Part shown: positions 10,091 through 20,939 of the stretch, piece after piece
How positions within the stretch are numbered: position 1 is the stretch's first letter
Layout: each line of letters begins with the position of its first letter
Origin: Trypanosoma brucei
Lineage: Eukaryota
Reading direction: 5' to 3'
Assembly (NCBI GenBank): GCA_000002445.1
Contig: CM000208.1
Coordinates: forward strand, 1,696,001 to 1,760,000
Length of the DNA stretch: 64,000 bases
Position numbers and translations under genes: made by a program
The notes under the pieces: model-generated
Databases searched by the model: none
The model's input: the letters and a program-made list of their open reading frames with translations, nothing else
What the model was told of the DNA's origin: nothing

Positions 10091-13000
10091 ATGCCTTCAA
10101 CGTCCTCAACAGCAATTTTGGTTGCGCCCAGGGGACCCACTGTGCGTGAGAAGGGTGATCAAATCCCATCATTAGTCGAGCTTCTTTTGGAGTTATCAAG
10201 TTCTGTAAGTGGCGATTTTGCTAGTGGATTCCAACGCGGCTGCCCCGCAGCAGCTTTGGGCACAGGGAACGTAACTTGTGTGAGTGCGGCCCATCCTTCC
10301 TCTACCTCCTCGGATGGTTCGTGGAGTAACTCAGTGCGCGTGCCGCGCAAGCGACGCCGACACGTGCTGGATGCATTCTTCGATACGGCCGCCTGTTGCC
10401 CGACATCGTCGCCCGCGCCCCTTCGCCGCCGCATACGTGAGCTATTCCGTAACGCGAAGCAGAATGTTCTTCACACAGCGAAAACCCACGCCTCCATGCT
10501 GGAGCTGCTTTGCTCTCTAATTGCCCCCTGTGTTGTGCGTAACTGCAGTGCGCCGAATGGAACGGACGATAGGGAGCTTTCGGAAGCAGAATTGATGCTG
10601 TATATCGTCCTTCGGACAAGCATTGCCGCCGCGCCCACGTGGCAGAAACCGCCCGTCGTTCCGCGCTGCTGGTTGTCATCGTCAATAACGGCAATCGTGG
10701 AGCGGTCAGTTGAGATACAACAAGCTCTGTGCTGGTCCTGTGACCCCGACCCCGTCGTGACTGCAGTTTTGGGTATAAATGCTGTTGAACACAGGCGTTT
10801 GGCACTAAGCTCATTTAATTTCTCCCAGTGGTTGAATGATTTGCCCTGTCACGTTGACGGTGTGAGGGGCGCTGCCGCTTCGTCGCCTAGTGAAGGCTCA
10901 AGGTTAACAGGATTCAGTCGTTATAGCAAGACTCACTGCTCTTGGGTTGCGGTGGAGAGTGAAGATGTGCGGCGGCTGTTTGAAAGGAAGCGGACGCACG
11001 TAATGGCTAGCGAGGAAGGGCCGGCAGCCTGCCAGTATGGGTGGTTAATGGAGGGTTCAAGCGCGTGTGGAACATCCCCACTGGATGTCGCTTCCCGTAG
11101 TATTGCAGACGATTTAACCAGTTCGTGTTTTTCGCTGTTCCGTGAGGTTTACCCGTCTCACTCACCCTTCTGTTCCCTCCTGTACGTCGCACTTCACAGG
11201 AGTGTTATTGGGCGGCAGGACCCTTACTTGCTGTTGTCCTTACGGCAAGAAAACTCGGATTACAAAGATTCACCTACGAACTCATTGTCACCTCCATTCA
11301 GGTCTCCACTACTACCGCGCGTGTTTGCTACACCAGGGGCGCCTTCCTCATCCTTTCCCTGCATCACGGTGAGCGCGGAGTTTCTTTGCTCGGTTCGTTG
11401 CAGCAAAGGATGCAAGGATCTGGGGGGTAAGGCTTCTCAGTCGTCAATCACCGACGGCACCGAAGCGTTTGAAGCCGCAAGCACGGTTTGCTCCAGGGGT
11501 GTCATGGCCATGTTGCAGTGGAGTTGTCGCTGTGGAACATTGTTCCTCCGACTCCTTCACCTTTGCGACGTTGCCGAACGTCCGGAGTTTCGAGTGGCCC
11601 TTGGATTGTACGGCAGGAGTGCCATCACCGCCTTACGCAGATTGCTTTTCCATTTGCAGCGCCTCGTGGTGGACATCTCTGAACGACCCGGAGGTCCACG
11701 CGGCGTATCATTTTCGGAGCTAGTGCTGGCGAGTCAACGCCTCCGTCCCGTGGTGGAGGATGTAATAACGCTGAGTGATATCTTTCACGTGCATGCCGAG
11801 GCTGCATGGGATCCCGATACTGCCATTAGGGAAATTTCGTCAGCCACACTACTTTCGGCACTTCATGGGCACTACCAGCGGCGGCTAACAAACAAACTCG
11901 GATGCGGTACCAGTCCTGGCGTCTCACGGGCGCAACCGGACGTTGTTGGGAATGTGTTCATCTCTGTGCTACAGCCACTGCACAAAACGCTGTGGATGTG
12001 GATTTGTAGGGGTGAGTTGCACGACCCCTTCGATGAGTTCTTTGTTGTTGCGTCGGCTGGTGCTCCGGGTTTGAGCTACTCTGTGGATGTCTCACCCCAG
12101 AGACTCCCTAGTTTCATTTCAGTGGAGGCTGCGCACAAAATTCTACATGCCGGCATTAGCCTCCGTGCTCTCCGTATTGCCACGCTTCATATCCAGGAGT
12201 GTGTGGAAAAAAACCAAAGGGGTCAACGGGGGTTGGTTGAGGATGTTGACGCTGCTGCCATGCTTCGGAGTAAGGTGGAAGATGCGGCTCGCATCAAAGG
12301 CTTCCTTCAAGACTTCATGAAGGCGCTTACTGGTTATCAGCGCTCTAAAGAGCTTTTGTCAACCCCAATGGTAGATTTGTTGCTGAAAGAAGGTGAGCTG
12401 CCGTACTGGCACACTTTTTATCGTGCCTGCAGTGGGATATTACTTCCCTCTTGTGGCGACGTGGCGAGCGATGAAGCTAAAAATGATGAACCCGAGAACG
12501 GCACCGCTGGTTGGGAGGGATCTTCTCTGGTGGTGCTCGAGGAGTCCCAACAGCCAGGTGAAGTTGGACCTAGCGGCTCATTTGGATCATCGGACCAAAG
12601 ATCGGTGAGCGTCGTTGGTGTAGAGGTCGTATCAATGAGTGCAAGCGTGTCACACTCGACCGGGGCTGCGTCGCCGCCACAGGGAACAATGTCGGTGGAT
12701 ACAACTTTTGCTACTGGAGCCGTAGGCAAAGGGGAAACGGGTGCGTCAACGACTCAGGCAACGTTGTGTCGTGAGTACGAATTGGGGTTGCTCCACCGCC
12801 AAACGAGGCAGCGGTTACAACAGTGGAAGGCACAGCGACAGTCCCTTAACTTATCTCGTGCCTCCGCCATATCAAGAACCGTTGATGAGCTGGCCGACTT
12901 CTATGAAAATGCGAGAAGGATCGGACCACTACGTTGTGGGGCTCCTGGCAGGTGGACTGAGGAGGAAAGTATCGGGATGGATGAGGGTGCCCCTGACCAC

Positions 13001-15274
13001 AACATACTTTATAGGATCGTGGAGCCCTTGCGACAGGTCCCCCTGATAAACGTCGAAGAGGATGGTGCTGTGGACAACCTTACAATCGCTTCCCCACTCT
13101 GCAACGTCTCCGCTGGCGAAAGTGGTACAGTCTCGGTTTCATGTTCTCTGACATCACTGGGTTGTGCGTCCAAGTCGAGGTTACCGCCCCGACGTAGCAG
13201 CCGCGGTGAAGTTATCGTAGGAGCGTCTTCTACCGGCTTCGGCCACTTGAGTGGATGTGGTTCTGTCCGTGGTGGAGGTGAAGCGGCGGTTGTGGCGGCA
13301 TCCGATCCGTTTGTGCACTCACCGGAGATGTATGTTGTGGCTGATATCAATGATGATGAGTACCTGATGAAACGCGCGGGGCCCCACGTCACCGACACAA
13401 GTGCAGCGGATGAGTTAATTGCTCTTCTTGATGCGAAGGAAGCGACGATTCGAAACTATGATATCTCAAGCGAAGAGTACCAGCGAGGGTGCGAGGCAGC
13501 GGCGCTAGAAATTCTCCGGTCTGTGGAACGGTGTGATGGTGGCAGCGTTGCAGGTGCCGGCCGCATTATCAGCAATGTTTGGTGGACTGACCCAACAGAT
13601 TGTGAAGAAGATGCTGCATATTTACAAAACAGTTATGAGGAAGGCAAAGATGGCCCCACTGTGGCTGACATCCCGTCGTTAAGTGCGTCACCAAACACCG
13701 CAAAGACCCTCACAGAGAGACAGGCAAAAAATTTGCTGCATTGTTCACATTACTATCTTTCACTTGGTCACTTTACAGCAAACTATTTGACGCACAAAGC
13801 AGTCCAAATATTGTTATTGGAGCCTTACGGTATTCTTTACAGGATGACGCGCCAATTTCTTGATGTTTGCCTCTTGCAGAGTAGTCGTGTCGCGGACCGC
13901 ATAACCGGATTGTGGCAGCAGGTGATGCGGGGGTCACTTGAAAAGGGACATTTTAACGCGCTCGGGGCATTGGCGACTTTGAACAATGCCTTTGTGGAAG
14001 AATGGGAGCATTGTGTACCCTACGGGAGCGATACCATACAGCTAAGAGTGGGTCTTGCTCCCGTCGGTGTTGAGAGGAACAGGAAGAGAGCCGTCGACGA
14101 GGTTGAAAGTGAGGTTGAAGGATGTAAGGATGAAGGCACAAGCGGAGAGTTAGTCCTCAGCGGCACAACGTTTCGTAGGCGGGCACGGAATCCATCAACA
14201 TCACGATCCCCAAAAGCTGACCGGAACGAAGAAGGTACCGGCAAAGGAGTGACGTCGGTTTTGGTACCGGATAATCCCTTTGACTTCATTTCCCGACTGT
14301 GTTTGTTCCAGGAGAGAGCAGACGTCAGCTTGTGGCCTATTCCGGAGAATGCAGTGTCTGCGTATGGTGATCTTTTCAGCACCCTGCTTTTCTGGAGCTC
14401 CGTGTCACAACTCATCACACGCGTATGGTGTATCGGCATTAAATCAGATACACCGGAAGTGTTTTTCTTCTGTAATGCATCGCGTTCGGTGCTAAATGCT
14501 GTGTCTCAACACGTATGGTACCTCGTCAGTGGCCGCGCCCGTGAGTACTGGTTGTCACTGAGGTGTGGTTCAAGCACTATTTACGCCTATAGAAGAATAG
14601 AAGATTTCACCACTGGCCACGCTGCCTTCCTGGAATACTGCTCCTTCGCCGCTATGCTAACTCCTATCTTTGCGAGTGCTAGGCGGCATGTGTATGAAAT
14701 GGTTCAACAGTTAGAGGAGGTAGAGCGACTGCTTCTCCTTGTCGTAGAGAGGAGGACGGTTGCACAAACTGCACAGGAAGAACATCTCCAGCCGGATTCC
14801 AACTCCCCTTCTGTGGAGGTGATTGGAAAAGGACAGTCCAACAAGAACAAGCAAAAAGTGAAAAGCAAAAGCAAGAAAACAACAAAGAAGGCTGGTCCAG
14901 TAGCTGATCGTCACTCAGAACCCCAACCTGGAAGTCCGAAGAAACCCAGGGAACGTCTCAAGGAAGGGTCAAAAGCCCCCCATGAAGTGAATACTAAAAC
15001 GTACCCAGTGGATTATCGGCGGAAGGTACGTGATACCATCCGCAGGCGCCTTCGCTCCTTCGCAGAGATGACGGGGGCGCTAATAGAGGGTCTGTGCTTC
15101 GCGCGGGACAGCATTGCAGATACGGGACAGAAGGATGTGAAAGTGACTGAAGATGAGGAGGAAGAGGAAGAGGGACTTCGGGGTAACGCGCAGGCGGTGG
15201 CGCGCGCCACCGCGTTGACATCTCTAATCCGACTGCTGGAGTCGATGTACGCTTCGATAAACAATAGAATTTAG
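10091..15274 (+). CDS. Large gamma-tubulin complex component (Spc97/Spc98/GCP family) with long N-terminal extension and Ser/Lys-rich insertions
   Basis: This is a 1727-aa ORF. The GRIP1-like motif 'LHKTLWMWICRGELHDPFDEFFVV' is followed by a region with GCP-like hydrophobic periodicity and a GRIP2-like C-terminal region (LTGLWQQVMRGSL...LNNAFVEEWEHC). Which GCP paralogue it is cannot be told from the sequence alone. Confidence 0.55.
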   Translation: MPSTSSTAILVAPRGPTVREKGDQIPSLVELLLELSSSVSGDFASGFQRGCPAAALGTGNVTCVSAAHPSSTSSDGSWSNSVRVPRKRRRHVLDAFFDTAACCPTSSPAPLRRRIRELFRNAKQNVLHTAKTHASMLELLCSLIAPCVVRNCSAPNGTDDRELSEAELMLYIVLRTSIAAAPTWQKPPVVPRCWLSSSITAIVERSVEIQQALCWSCDPDPVVTAVLGINAVEHRRLALSSFNFSQWLNDLPCHVDGVRGAAASSPSEGSRLTGFSRYSKTHCSWVAVESEDVRRLFERKRTHVMASEEGPAACQYGWLMEGSSACGTSPLDVASRSIADDLTSSCFSLFREVYPSHSPFCSLLYVALHRSVIGRQDPYLLLSLRQENSDYKDSPTNSLSPPFRSPLLPRVFATPGAPSSSFPCITVSAEFLCSVRCSKGCKDLGGKASQSSITDGTEAFEAASTVCSRGVMAMLQWSCRCGTLFLRLLHLCDVAERPEFRVALGLYGRSAITALRRLLFHLQRLVVDISERPGGPRGVSFSELVLASQRLRPVVEDVITLSDIFHVHAEAAWDPDTAIREISSATLLSALHGHYQRRLTNKLGCGTSPGVSRAQPDVVGNVFISVLQPLHKTLWMWICRGELHDPFDEFFVVASAGAPGLSYSVDVSPQRLPSFISVEAAHKILHAGISLRALRIATLHIQECVEKNQRGQRGLVEDVDAAAMLRSKVEDAARIKGFLQDFMKALTGYQRSKELLSTPMVDLLLKEGELPYWHTFYRACSGILLPSCGDVASDEAKNDEPENGTAGWEGSSLVVLEESQQPGEVGPSGSFGSSDQRSVSVVGVEVVSMSASVSHSTGAASPPQGTMSVDTTFATGAVGKGETGASTTQATLCREYELGLLHRQTRQRLQQWKAQRQSLNLSRASAISRTVDELADFYENARRIGPLRCGAPGRWTEEESIGMDEGAPDHNILYRIVEPLRQVPLINVEEDGAVDNLTIASPLCNVSAGESGTVSVSCSLTSLGCASKSRLPPRRSSRGEVIVGASSTGFGHLSGCGSVRGGGEAAVVAASDPFVHSPEMYVVADINDDEYLMKRAGPHVTDTSAADELIALLDAKEATIRNYDISSEEYQRGCEAAALEILRSVERCDGGSVAGAGRIISNVWWTDPTDCEEDAAYLQNSYEEGKDGPTVADIPSLSASPNTAKTLTERQAKNLLHCSHYYLSLGHFTANYLTHKAVQILLLEPYGILYRMTRQFLDVCLLQSSRVADRITGLWQQVMRGSLEKGHFNALGALATLNNAFVEEWEHCVPYGSDTIQLRVGLAPVGVERNRKRAVDEVESEVEGCKDEGTSGELVLSGTTFRRRARNPSTSRSPKADRNEEGTGKGVTSVLVPDNPFDFISRLCLFQERADVSLWPIPENAVSAYGDLFSTLLFWSSVSQLITRVWCIGIKSDTPEVFFFCNASRSVLNAVSQHVWYLVSGRAREYWLSLRCGSSTIYAYRRIEDFTTGHAAFLEYCSFAAMLTPIFASARRHVYEMVQQLEEVERLLLLVVERRTVAQTAQEEHLQPDSNSPSVEVIGKGQSNKNKQKVKSKSKKTTKKAGPVADRHSEPQPGSPKKPRERLKEGSKAPHEVNTKTYPVDYRRKVRDTIRRRLRSFAEMTGALIEGLCFARDSIADTGQKDVKVTEDEEEEEEGLRGNAQAVARATALTSLIRLLESMYASINNRI

Positions 15275-15644
15275 TCGCTGAAGATGAACACAGGAAAGGC
15301 TGAAGGAGGATTATTTTCATTCGTCCTTGCTTCGCTGGTCTTCCCATCCAGCCATTGGGGACACATTTTCTGGTCGTTTTGGGGCCTCTTACCAGTTGCC
15401 ATGCACTTTCTTTTTTTTTTTTTCACTGCTGTCTTTTGTCTGCGTTGATTGCTACAGATCATTGTATAGTTCATCTGAGTGAGGTGCCGCGTTTGTTCGT
15501 TTGTTTTCTTGATGGGATGTGTAAAGGGTGTTCCATATCACCTCCCTGAGCCCCTGTTCGTCCAGTGGAAGGGGCTACTCGAAGAATGTGGGTCTTTCTC
15601 TCGATCTTCCATTAAATTATGCCAGCACAATGCCATTGTCATTT

Positions 15645-15680
15645 TTACTCCCCTTTATTCTCTCAGTTCTTTCTTTTTTT
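15645..15680 (+). promoter_or_regulatory. Polypyrimidine tract and AG (candidate splice acceptor) upstream of DRG gene
   Basis: 'ctttattctctcagttctttcttttttttcccacag' lies immediately before the DRG ATG at 15738. Confidence 0.5.
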
Positions 15681-15737
15681 TCCCACAGGTAAGTCATTGG
15701 CTCCCGTGATTAGCAGCAAGCTGCCGGGGCGGAGGTC

Positions 15738-16844
15738 ATGTCCAATTTGCAGAAGATAAATGACATCGAGGCAGAGATCGCGCGGACGCAGAAGAACAAA
15801 GCGACGATGGCGCATCTTTGCCAACTGAAGGCCCGTCTTGCACAGCTGAAGCGCGAACTCATCGCCTCTGAGTCAAAGAAAGGAGGCGCAAAGGGTGAAG
15901 GTTTTGATGTGCAGAAGACTGGAGACGCCCGCATCGGTTTCATCGGGTTCCCTTCCGTGGGGAAGTCTACTCTTCTCACTAAACTCACATCCACACATTC
16001 CGAAGTGGCAGCGTACGAGTTCACTACGCTCACTTGTGTGCCCGGTGTTGTGAGCTATCGCGGTGCGAAGCTTCAAATGCTTGATTTACCAGGAATTATT
16101 GAGGGTGCTAAGGATGGTAAAGGTCGAGGTCGACAAGTTATTGCTGTTGCACGTACCTGCTCCCTTATTCTTATTGTGCTTGACATCGCGAAACCGCTTC
16201 AGCACAAACTTATCATTGAGCGTGAGCTTGATGGATTCGGCATCCGCCTGAACAAGAAACCACCCAACATCGATATCCGGAAGAAGGACCGTGGTGGTAT
16301 TAGTATCTCTTCTACATGTCCATTAACCCACCTTGACAATGAAACCATTAAAACGATACTTGGTGAGTATCGCATGAGTAACGCGGACGTTATGTTGCGC
16401 GGGGATTATACGGCAGATGAATTAATTGACGCGATTGAGGGAAACCGTATTTATATTCCTTGTATTTATGTTCTTAACAAAATCGATCAGATCAGTATAG
16501 AGGAGCTTGATATTGTCTCCCGCATCCCACACAACTGCCCCATCAGTGCACACCACTCGTGGAACATCGATGGACTTTTGGAGTGTATATGGGACCACCT
16601 GAACTTCATTCGTCTCTACACGAAACCGCGTGGGCAGGTGCCCGACTACGACGAGCCGGTTATCCTCAAAAAGGCGCCACAACCCACGGTGGAGCGGTTT
16701 TGCCTGCGGTTGCATCGCCAGATGATGAAGAGTTTCAAGCACGCGTGGGTTTGGGGAGCCAGCGTGAAGCATCAACCGCAACGCGTAGGGAAGGACCATC
16801 TTCTTGAGGATGAGGATGTGGTGCAGGTTGTGAAGAAGGTTTAG
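15738..16844 (+). CDS. DRG1: Developmentally regulated GTP-binding protein 1 (Obg-family GTPase)
   Basis: The sequence is near-colinear with DRG1 as I remember it: '[30 protein letters not shown]', '[19 protein letters not shown]', '[16 protein letters not shown]', '[34 protein letters not shown]', '[24 protein letters not shown]' and '[18 protein letters not shown]'. Length is 368 aa. Confidence 0.92.
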   Translation: MSNLQKINDIEAEIARTQKNKATMAHLCQLKARLAQLKRELIASESKKGGAKGEGFDVQKTGDARIGFIGFPSVGKSTLLTKLTSTHSEVAAYEFTTLTCVPGVVSYRGAKLQMLDLPGIIEGAKDGKGRGRQVIAVARTCSLILIVLDIAKPLQHKLIIERELDGFGIRLNKKPPNIDIRKKDRGGISISSTCPLTHLDNETIKTILGEYRMSNADVMLRGDYTADELIDAIEGNRIYIPCIYVLNKIDQISIEELDIVSRIPHNCPISAHHSWNIDGLLECIWDHLNFIRLYTKPRGQVPDYDEPVILKKAPQPTVERFCLRLHRQMMKSFKHAWVWGASVKHQPQRVGKDHLLEDEDVVQVVKKV

Positions 16845-16983
16845 GAGTTTCATTGGTTGTGTGAATGTGGAGAGGACGGAGGGATAACGAAAGGGCACAG
16901 CGAAGTTGCCATTCGAACTCTGAAGGTACGGAGAGCAAACACTCTTTCTGTTTTATCCCTCCACCTGCTTGTTTACTTGTTTG

Positions 16984-17028
16984 GGTACTTGTCTGTCTGT
17001 CTGTGTGTGTGTGTGTGTGTGTGTGTGA
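16984..17028. repeat. (TCTG)n/(TG)n microsatellite
   Basis: The run 'cttgtctgtctgtctgtgtgtgtgtgtgtgtgtgtgtg' is directly visible in the DRG–GUK intergenic region. Confidence 0.9.
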
Positions 17029-17794
17029 AGGCGATGCGTGACTGGAATGTATTTTCCTAAACACTACTCGGTTATTACGGTTACATACAAAATGCTGAAA
17101 AAGAAATATATACATCAACAGGGAAGTAAACAATAATAAAAATAAAGGTGATGAAGGGTGGGAGAAAGAAAAAAAATAGGAGCACTGTCCTCACGAGGCT
17201 AGTTTAGTGCTCTTACCTTTTCTTTCCTTGTTTACGTATTATTCGTGGCTGGTGTAAAAAGAAGTAAAAAAAAGAACAAAGGAAGAGGACAGCAACTGCA
17301 GCTACCCTGCAAGCGAAGGAGCGCATCCGGCATCCCGCGACCGGTGAGTGTGCGCGGGTCGTTGTTTCGTGTTAATGTTTTCATTACTTTAGCCTGGGTT
17401 GAGCCAAATTTCTTTACTTTTTTTCTTTCCTTTTCTTCCCTTTGGTTAGCCCTCCCACGCGCTGGGATCGTTTCGGGGTGTCATTATCGACGCTAACCAT
17501 ACATCGTTCAGTCTCCCGGGAAGTTATAGGTTTTTGAATAGACAAAAAAACATATCAACAGAAGCAAGTGTTTAAAAGAGCAAACAAAAGAAGAGGGTCG
17601 AAAGGTGCTGAGGTGTAAGGAAGATTGTGTGTTTTTTTCACTCTTTTCTTCCGAAATACCATCGTCCCTCTTGTTTTATTTTTAAATATCCAACGGATTT
17701 CAACGCACCGTGTGTGTGCGCGCGTACTGGTGCTATACACGAGCTACATAGATAAACGCCGTGTCGCGCCGCGCTCCGCAATCGACTTTTTAAC

Positions 17795-18589
17795 ATGTTG
17801 CCCCCTCCCCACCCGAGGGAAGATGAAGATTTGACTCGACAAAGACATTCTCCAGCGCATATCATCGTTTTTGTGGGTCCAAGTGGCTGCGGAAAGTCAA
17901 CACTAGCAGATGAGATTATGAAAAGGTGGCCGAACCGGTTCGCCTTTAGTGTCAGTCACACAACTCGCAAGCCGCGTAAGAACGAAGTGAATGGGAAACA
18001 CTACCACTTTGTTTCTAAGGAAAAGTTTCTTCAACTGCTTGCCGACGGTTTGTTTGCCGAGCACAGTAAAAGCTTCACAAAAGCGAAGCGAAACACAAGT
18101 GACGATTGCGGGCCGCGGGGTTCTGGCGCTGAGGAGGACGACGAAGACACAGTCTACTACGGGACCTCAAAGATGGCGCTCCACGATGTTCTTTCCAACG
18201 GACGAATTGTTCTGATGGATACAGACATCAGTGGGGCTATTAAGATAAAGAGATACTGCGATGAGATTAACACACAACTTACGGGCAAGACTGAGCAATC
18301 CGTCGTGCAGTCGAATGCGGGTGTTATACGACGGTTGCAGTTGCACCTTATCTTTGTTAAATGCCCAAACCTGGAGGTGGGGGAGCAACGGTTGCGCAAC
18401 CGGGGAACGGAGACTTTGACGTCGCTTCAACGTCGCTTCCTGTCAAATAGGCAGTGTATTCAGTGGTACAATGCACACACCGGTTTCTTTAACCTCACGT
18501 TGGTTAATGATACACTGGAACGATGTCTAGAAGATCTTTTTTCCTACGTGAGTGGAAAGATACTTTGCTCACCGAGCAGTAAGTTGTGA
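17795..18589 (+). CDS. GUK: Guanylate kinase
   Basis: There is a P-loop 'VFVGPSGCGKSTL' followed by 'FSVSHTTRKPRKNEVNGKHYHFVSKEKF', which fits the guanylate kinase signature (TTR.PR.GE..G..Y.FV). An acidic insertion (GSGAEEDDED) precedes the LID-like region. Length is 264 aa. Confidence 0.75.
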   Translation: MLPPPHPREDEDLTRQRHSPAHIIVFVGPSGCGKSTLADEIMKRWPNRFAFSVSHTTRKPRKNEVNGKHYHFVSKEKFLQLLADGLFAEHSKSFTKAKRNTSDDCGPRGSGAEEDDEDTVYYGTSKMALHDVLSNGRIVLMDTDISGAIKIKRYCDEINTQLTGKTEQSVVQSNAGVIRRLQLHLIFVKCPNLEVGEQRLRNRGTETLTSLQRRFLSNRQCIQWYNAHTGFFNLTLVNDTLERCLEDLFSYVSGKILCSPSSKL

Positions 18590-19526
18590 ATAGCAAAGGG
18601 GGGAGTGTTTGTTTGTCGTGTTTAGTTGTCTGCGTTGTTATCATGTGGAAGAGTGAGCGAATATCACCTTTGAGGGGAGGGATAACGATGACTCACATTT
18701 CAATATTTCTTATCCGAGTATTCAATGTAATTTCCTGCGAAATGGTGGGTTGGAGGCGGAAACCAATGTCTAATTTTCTTCGTTTAAGACGTAATGATTT
18801 AAGTGGACAGAGGGGAGCGATTGGAGTTTTCGACTATATATATATTATATATATGCTTGTTCGTGTATGTGAGCGTATAAGCACGAGGAATCGTCATAAT
18901 GAGGGTGAAAGCTGGTTACCTAATTCCCATCCCTCCTCTTAATTGTGCATATAAAAATTAACCATGGCGGAGAGGGGTGCCGCATAATGACGTTAATTTC
19001 AATACCGTTGGTTACGGCATCGCTTTGACCCCGTGGCATAGGAGCTTATTTGCCGGACCGTGTTTTAACAATGGGGAGCTGGGGTGTCCACTCAGAAGTT
19101 GGCGGGGTAACAACTTTGCAATCTGCGTATTTCGTATTCTTCCCTCTGGGAGAAGGAAAGAAGGGGCCGTTTGGACTTCTGTTTTTTTTTCTGTATATCC
19201 GCTCTGGTTCGCTGTTGTTCTGCACGCCATGCTTTAAGCCTCGAGGGGCTGTATATTTTTCGCGGTTCATCATTTTCTTGTTTTCATTTTCTCGTCGTTT
19301 TGATTTTTTTTCTACTATCGCCTGCCTCCAAAGAAATCGTGTGAGTGGGCTGTATCCCGTACGTTCCACTTAAGTTTCTTCCCTCTTCATTTTGGATCTC
19401 TTCATATTGCTGTTTGTCCAATACTCTCCTCTTGGCACACATCCATCTCTTCGAACTAGCTGTTCACGTATTACGGTACGTATTCACAAAGTAAAATAAA
19501 ATAAACTACGCAAATTACCCCCGTCT

Positions 19527-20471
19527 ATGGGTTCGACGTCGTCCGCTTGTAGGAGACTGGAAACGGCATGCAGGACCGGTGAGAATGTAGCCGATGCCGT
19601 TGAGGCATTCCGAACGGATCTCCAGGAAAAAATAGAGCAGAATGACGAGCAAGCCAGTGGAGACATGATAAAGGAAGCCATGAAGGAAGCTGTTTTGCCA
19701 CATCGGTGCGATTCTGCTGCATTGGCCGTTGGCGCGGAGTTGCTAAAGTTTCTTGCACACTTCGATCACAAGCGAGACCGAAAAGCACTGGATGCTATTC
19801 ATGAAATGAACGCTGCCTTCATGACTATTCCTGAAAGTGAAATGACGTCGGGGTGGCGCAACGCTCAGGTAAATTTTCTTACCTCAGCGTTTCAGGCATG
19901 GATCCAAGGTGGAGGGCCAATTGTCATACGGGAGGAGTGCAGGGACACCGACATCGAACAAGAAGGAATAGTGTATATAAATGAAGAACTCTGCAGCGTT
20001 TTTCTACGTTTTTCTAGGTGGGATAAAACACTCACTACTGGTAACCGCAGTCACGCCCTGGCTGCTTCGGCCTACAAAATTAGTCACCAATGCGGGACCA
20101 AGCTGGAACTCGTTGCAGCTGCTGTTGAGGAGGTACAAAGCCTACTAAAGGAAGAAGAGAAGCCATTCCTTATCGCTCGCACAGTTTATGGCGTGTTGGC
20201 AGCAACTTCTGAAAACCCGAAAATATCATCGCAGTATGCACTAAAGTTGGCGGGGCAACTGCTGCGGGCGGATGCGTTGACCGCGGGCCCTTCCGCGATT
20301 TCTAGTTTCCTTCACGATATTCTGAAAATACTAGAGATAAAAGCATTGGCGTTGCAGGCAGATCGGGAGGCGGAGCTCTGTAAGGTAGTGGAAGTTCTCT
20401 GTAGGGTATACAAACGGAGCCTCATGTTGTTGGGTGACCTGAATTGGGTTGAACTAGTGAAACAATTTTAA
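19527..20471 (+). CDS. Hypothetical protein with N-terminal MGxxxS (N-myristoylation consensus) and Cys8
   Basis: This 314-aa ORF has coding-like composition. It begins MGSTSSAC, with Gly2 and Ser6 matching the NMT consensus and a nearby Cys that could be palmitoylated. I recognise no other domain. Confidence 0.45.
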   Translation: MGSTSSACRRLETACRTGENVADAVEAFRTDLQEKIEQNDEQASGDMIKEAMKEAVLPHRCDSAALAVGAELLKFLAHFDHKRDRKALDAIHEMNAAFMTIPESEMTSGWRNAQVNFLTSAFQAWIQGGGPIVIREECRDTDIEQEGIVYINEELCSVFLRFSRWDKTLTTGNRSHALAASAYKISHQCGTKLELVAAAVEEVQSLLKEEEKPFLIARTVYGVLAATSENPKISSQYALKLAGQLLRADALTAGPSAISSFLHDILKILEIKALALQADREAELCKVVEVLCRVYKRSLMLLGDLNWVELVKQF

Positions 20472-20939
20472 CTGTAGTGTTGAAAATTTGGACAAGTGAG
20501 TTTGATTGTGGAGTTCGCTGTGATACACTCTTCGGAGAGAAGGCAGAGGATAATAGAGCAATTCCACACACTAGGTTGATTTGCCTGTGGTGCAAACTAT
20601 ATGCCGTTGCTTTCTATTGACATTGTTCCCTACGAAGCACAATTTTTTTGTCATTTCTTTATTATCTTTCATGTTTTGCTGCACTTTACTGCTGTCAAGC
20701 TATCGGGGGTTTGAAACTATCCTTTGAGTTGGCCTTAGGTGGGAATATTCGGACTCACCCCACACCTCAAGCGAGGGTCTTGTCCTTCCAGTTGCCTTTT
20801 GGTAACGACAAACGAACATGTGTATCTTGGCGTGAGAGGAGTTCACAGTTATGGATACATTTTTGTTCCACTCATTTTGCTCCTTCCTTCCGTTGTTTTT
20901 ATCGCTGTGGGACTTCCCTAACCCTAACCCTCAATAGGT

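Noticed and set aside
10302-10814. A 170-aa minus-strand ORF and other antisense ORFs (13009–13398, 14020–14439) within the GCP gene
   Set aside because: They are antisense to a long, motif-supported + strand CDS inside a unidirectional transcription unit, with Arg/Ser-rich nonsense composition.
15271-15709. Short ORFs (60–120 aa) in the T-rich spacer between the GCP and DRG genes
   Set aside because: They translate homopolymeric T/C tracts (15400–15430) and have no motifs. This region is an intergenic processing region.
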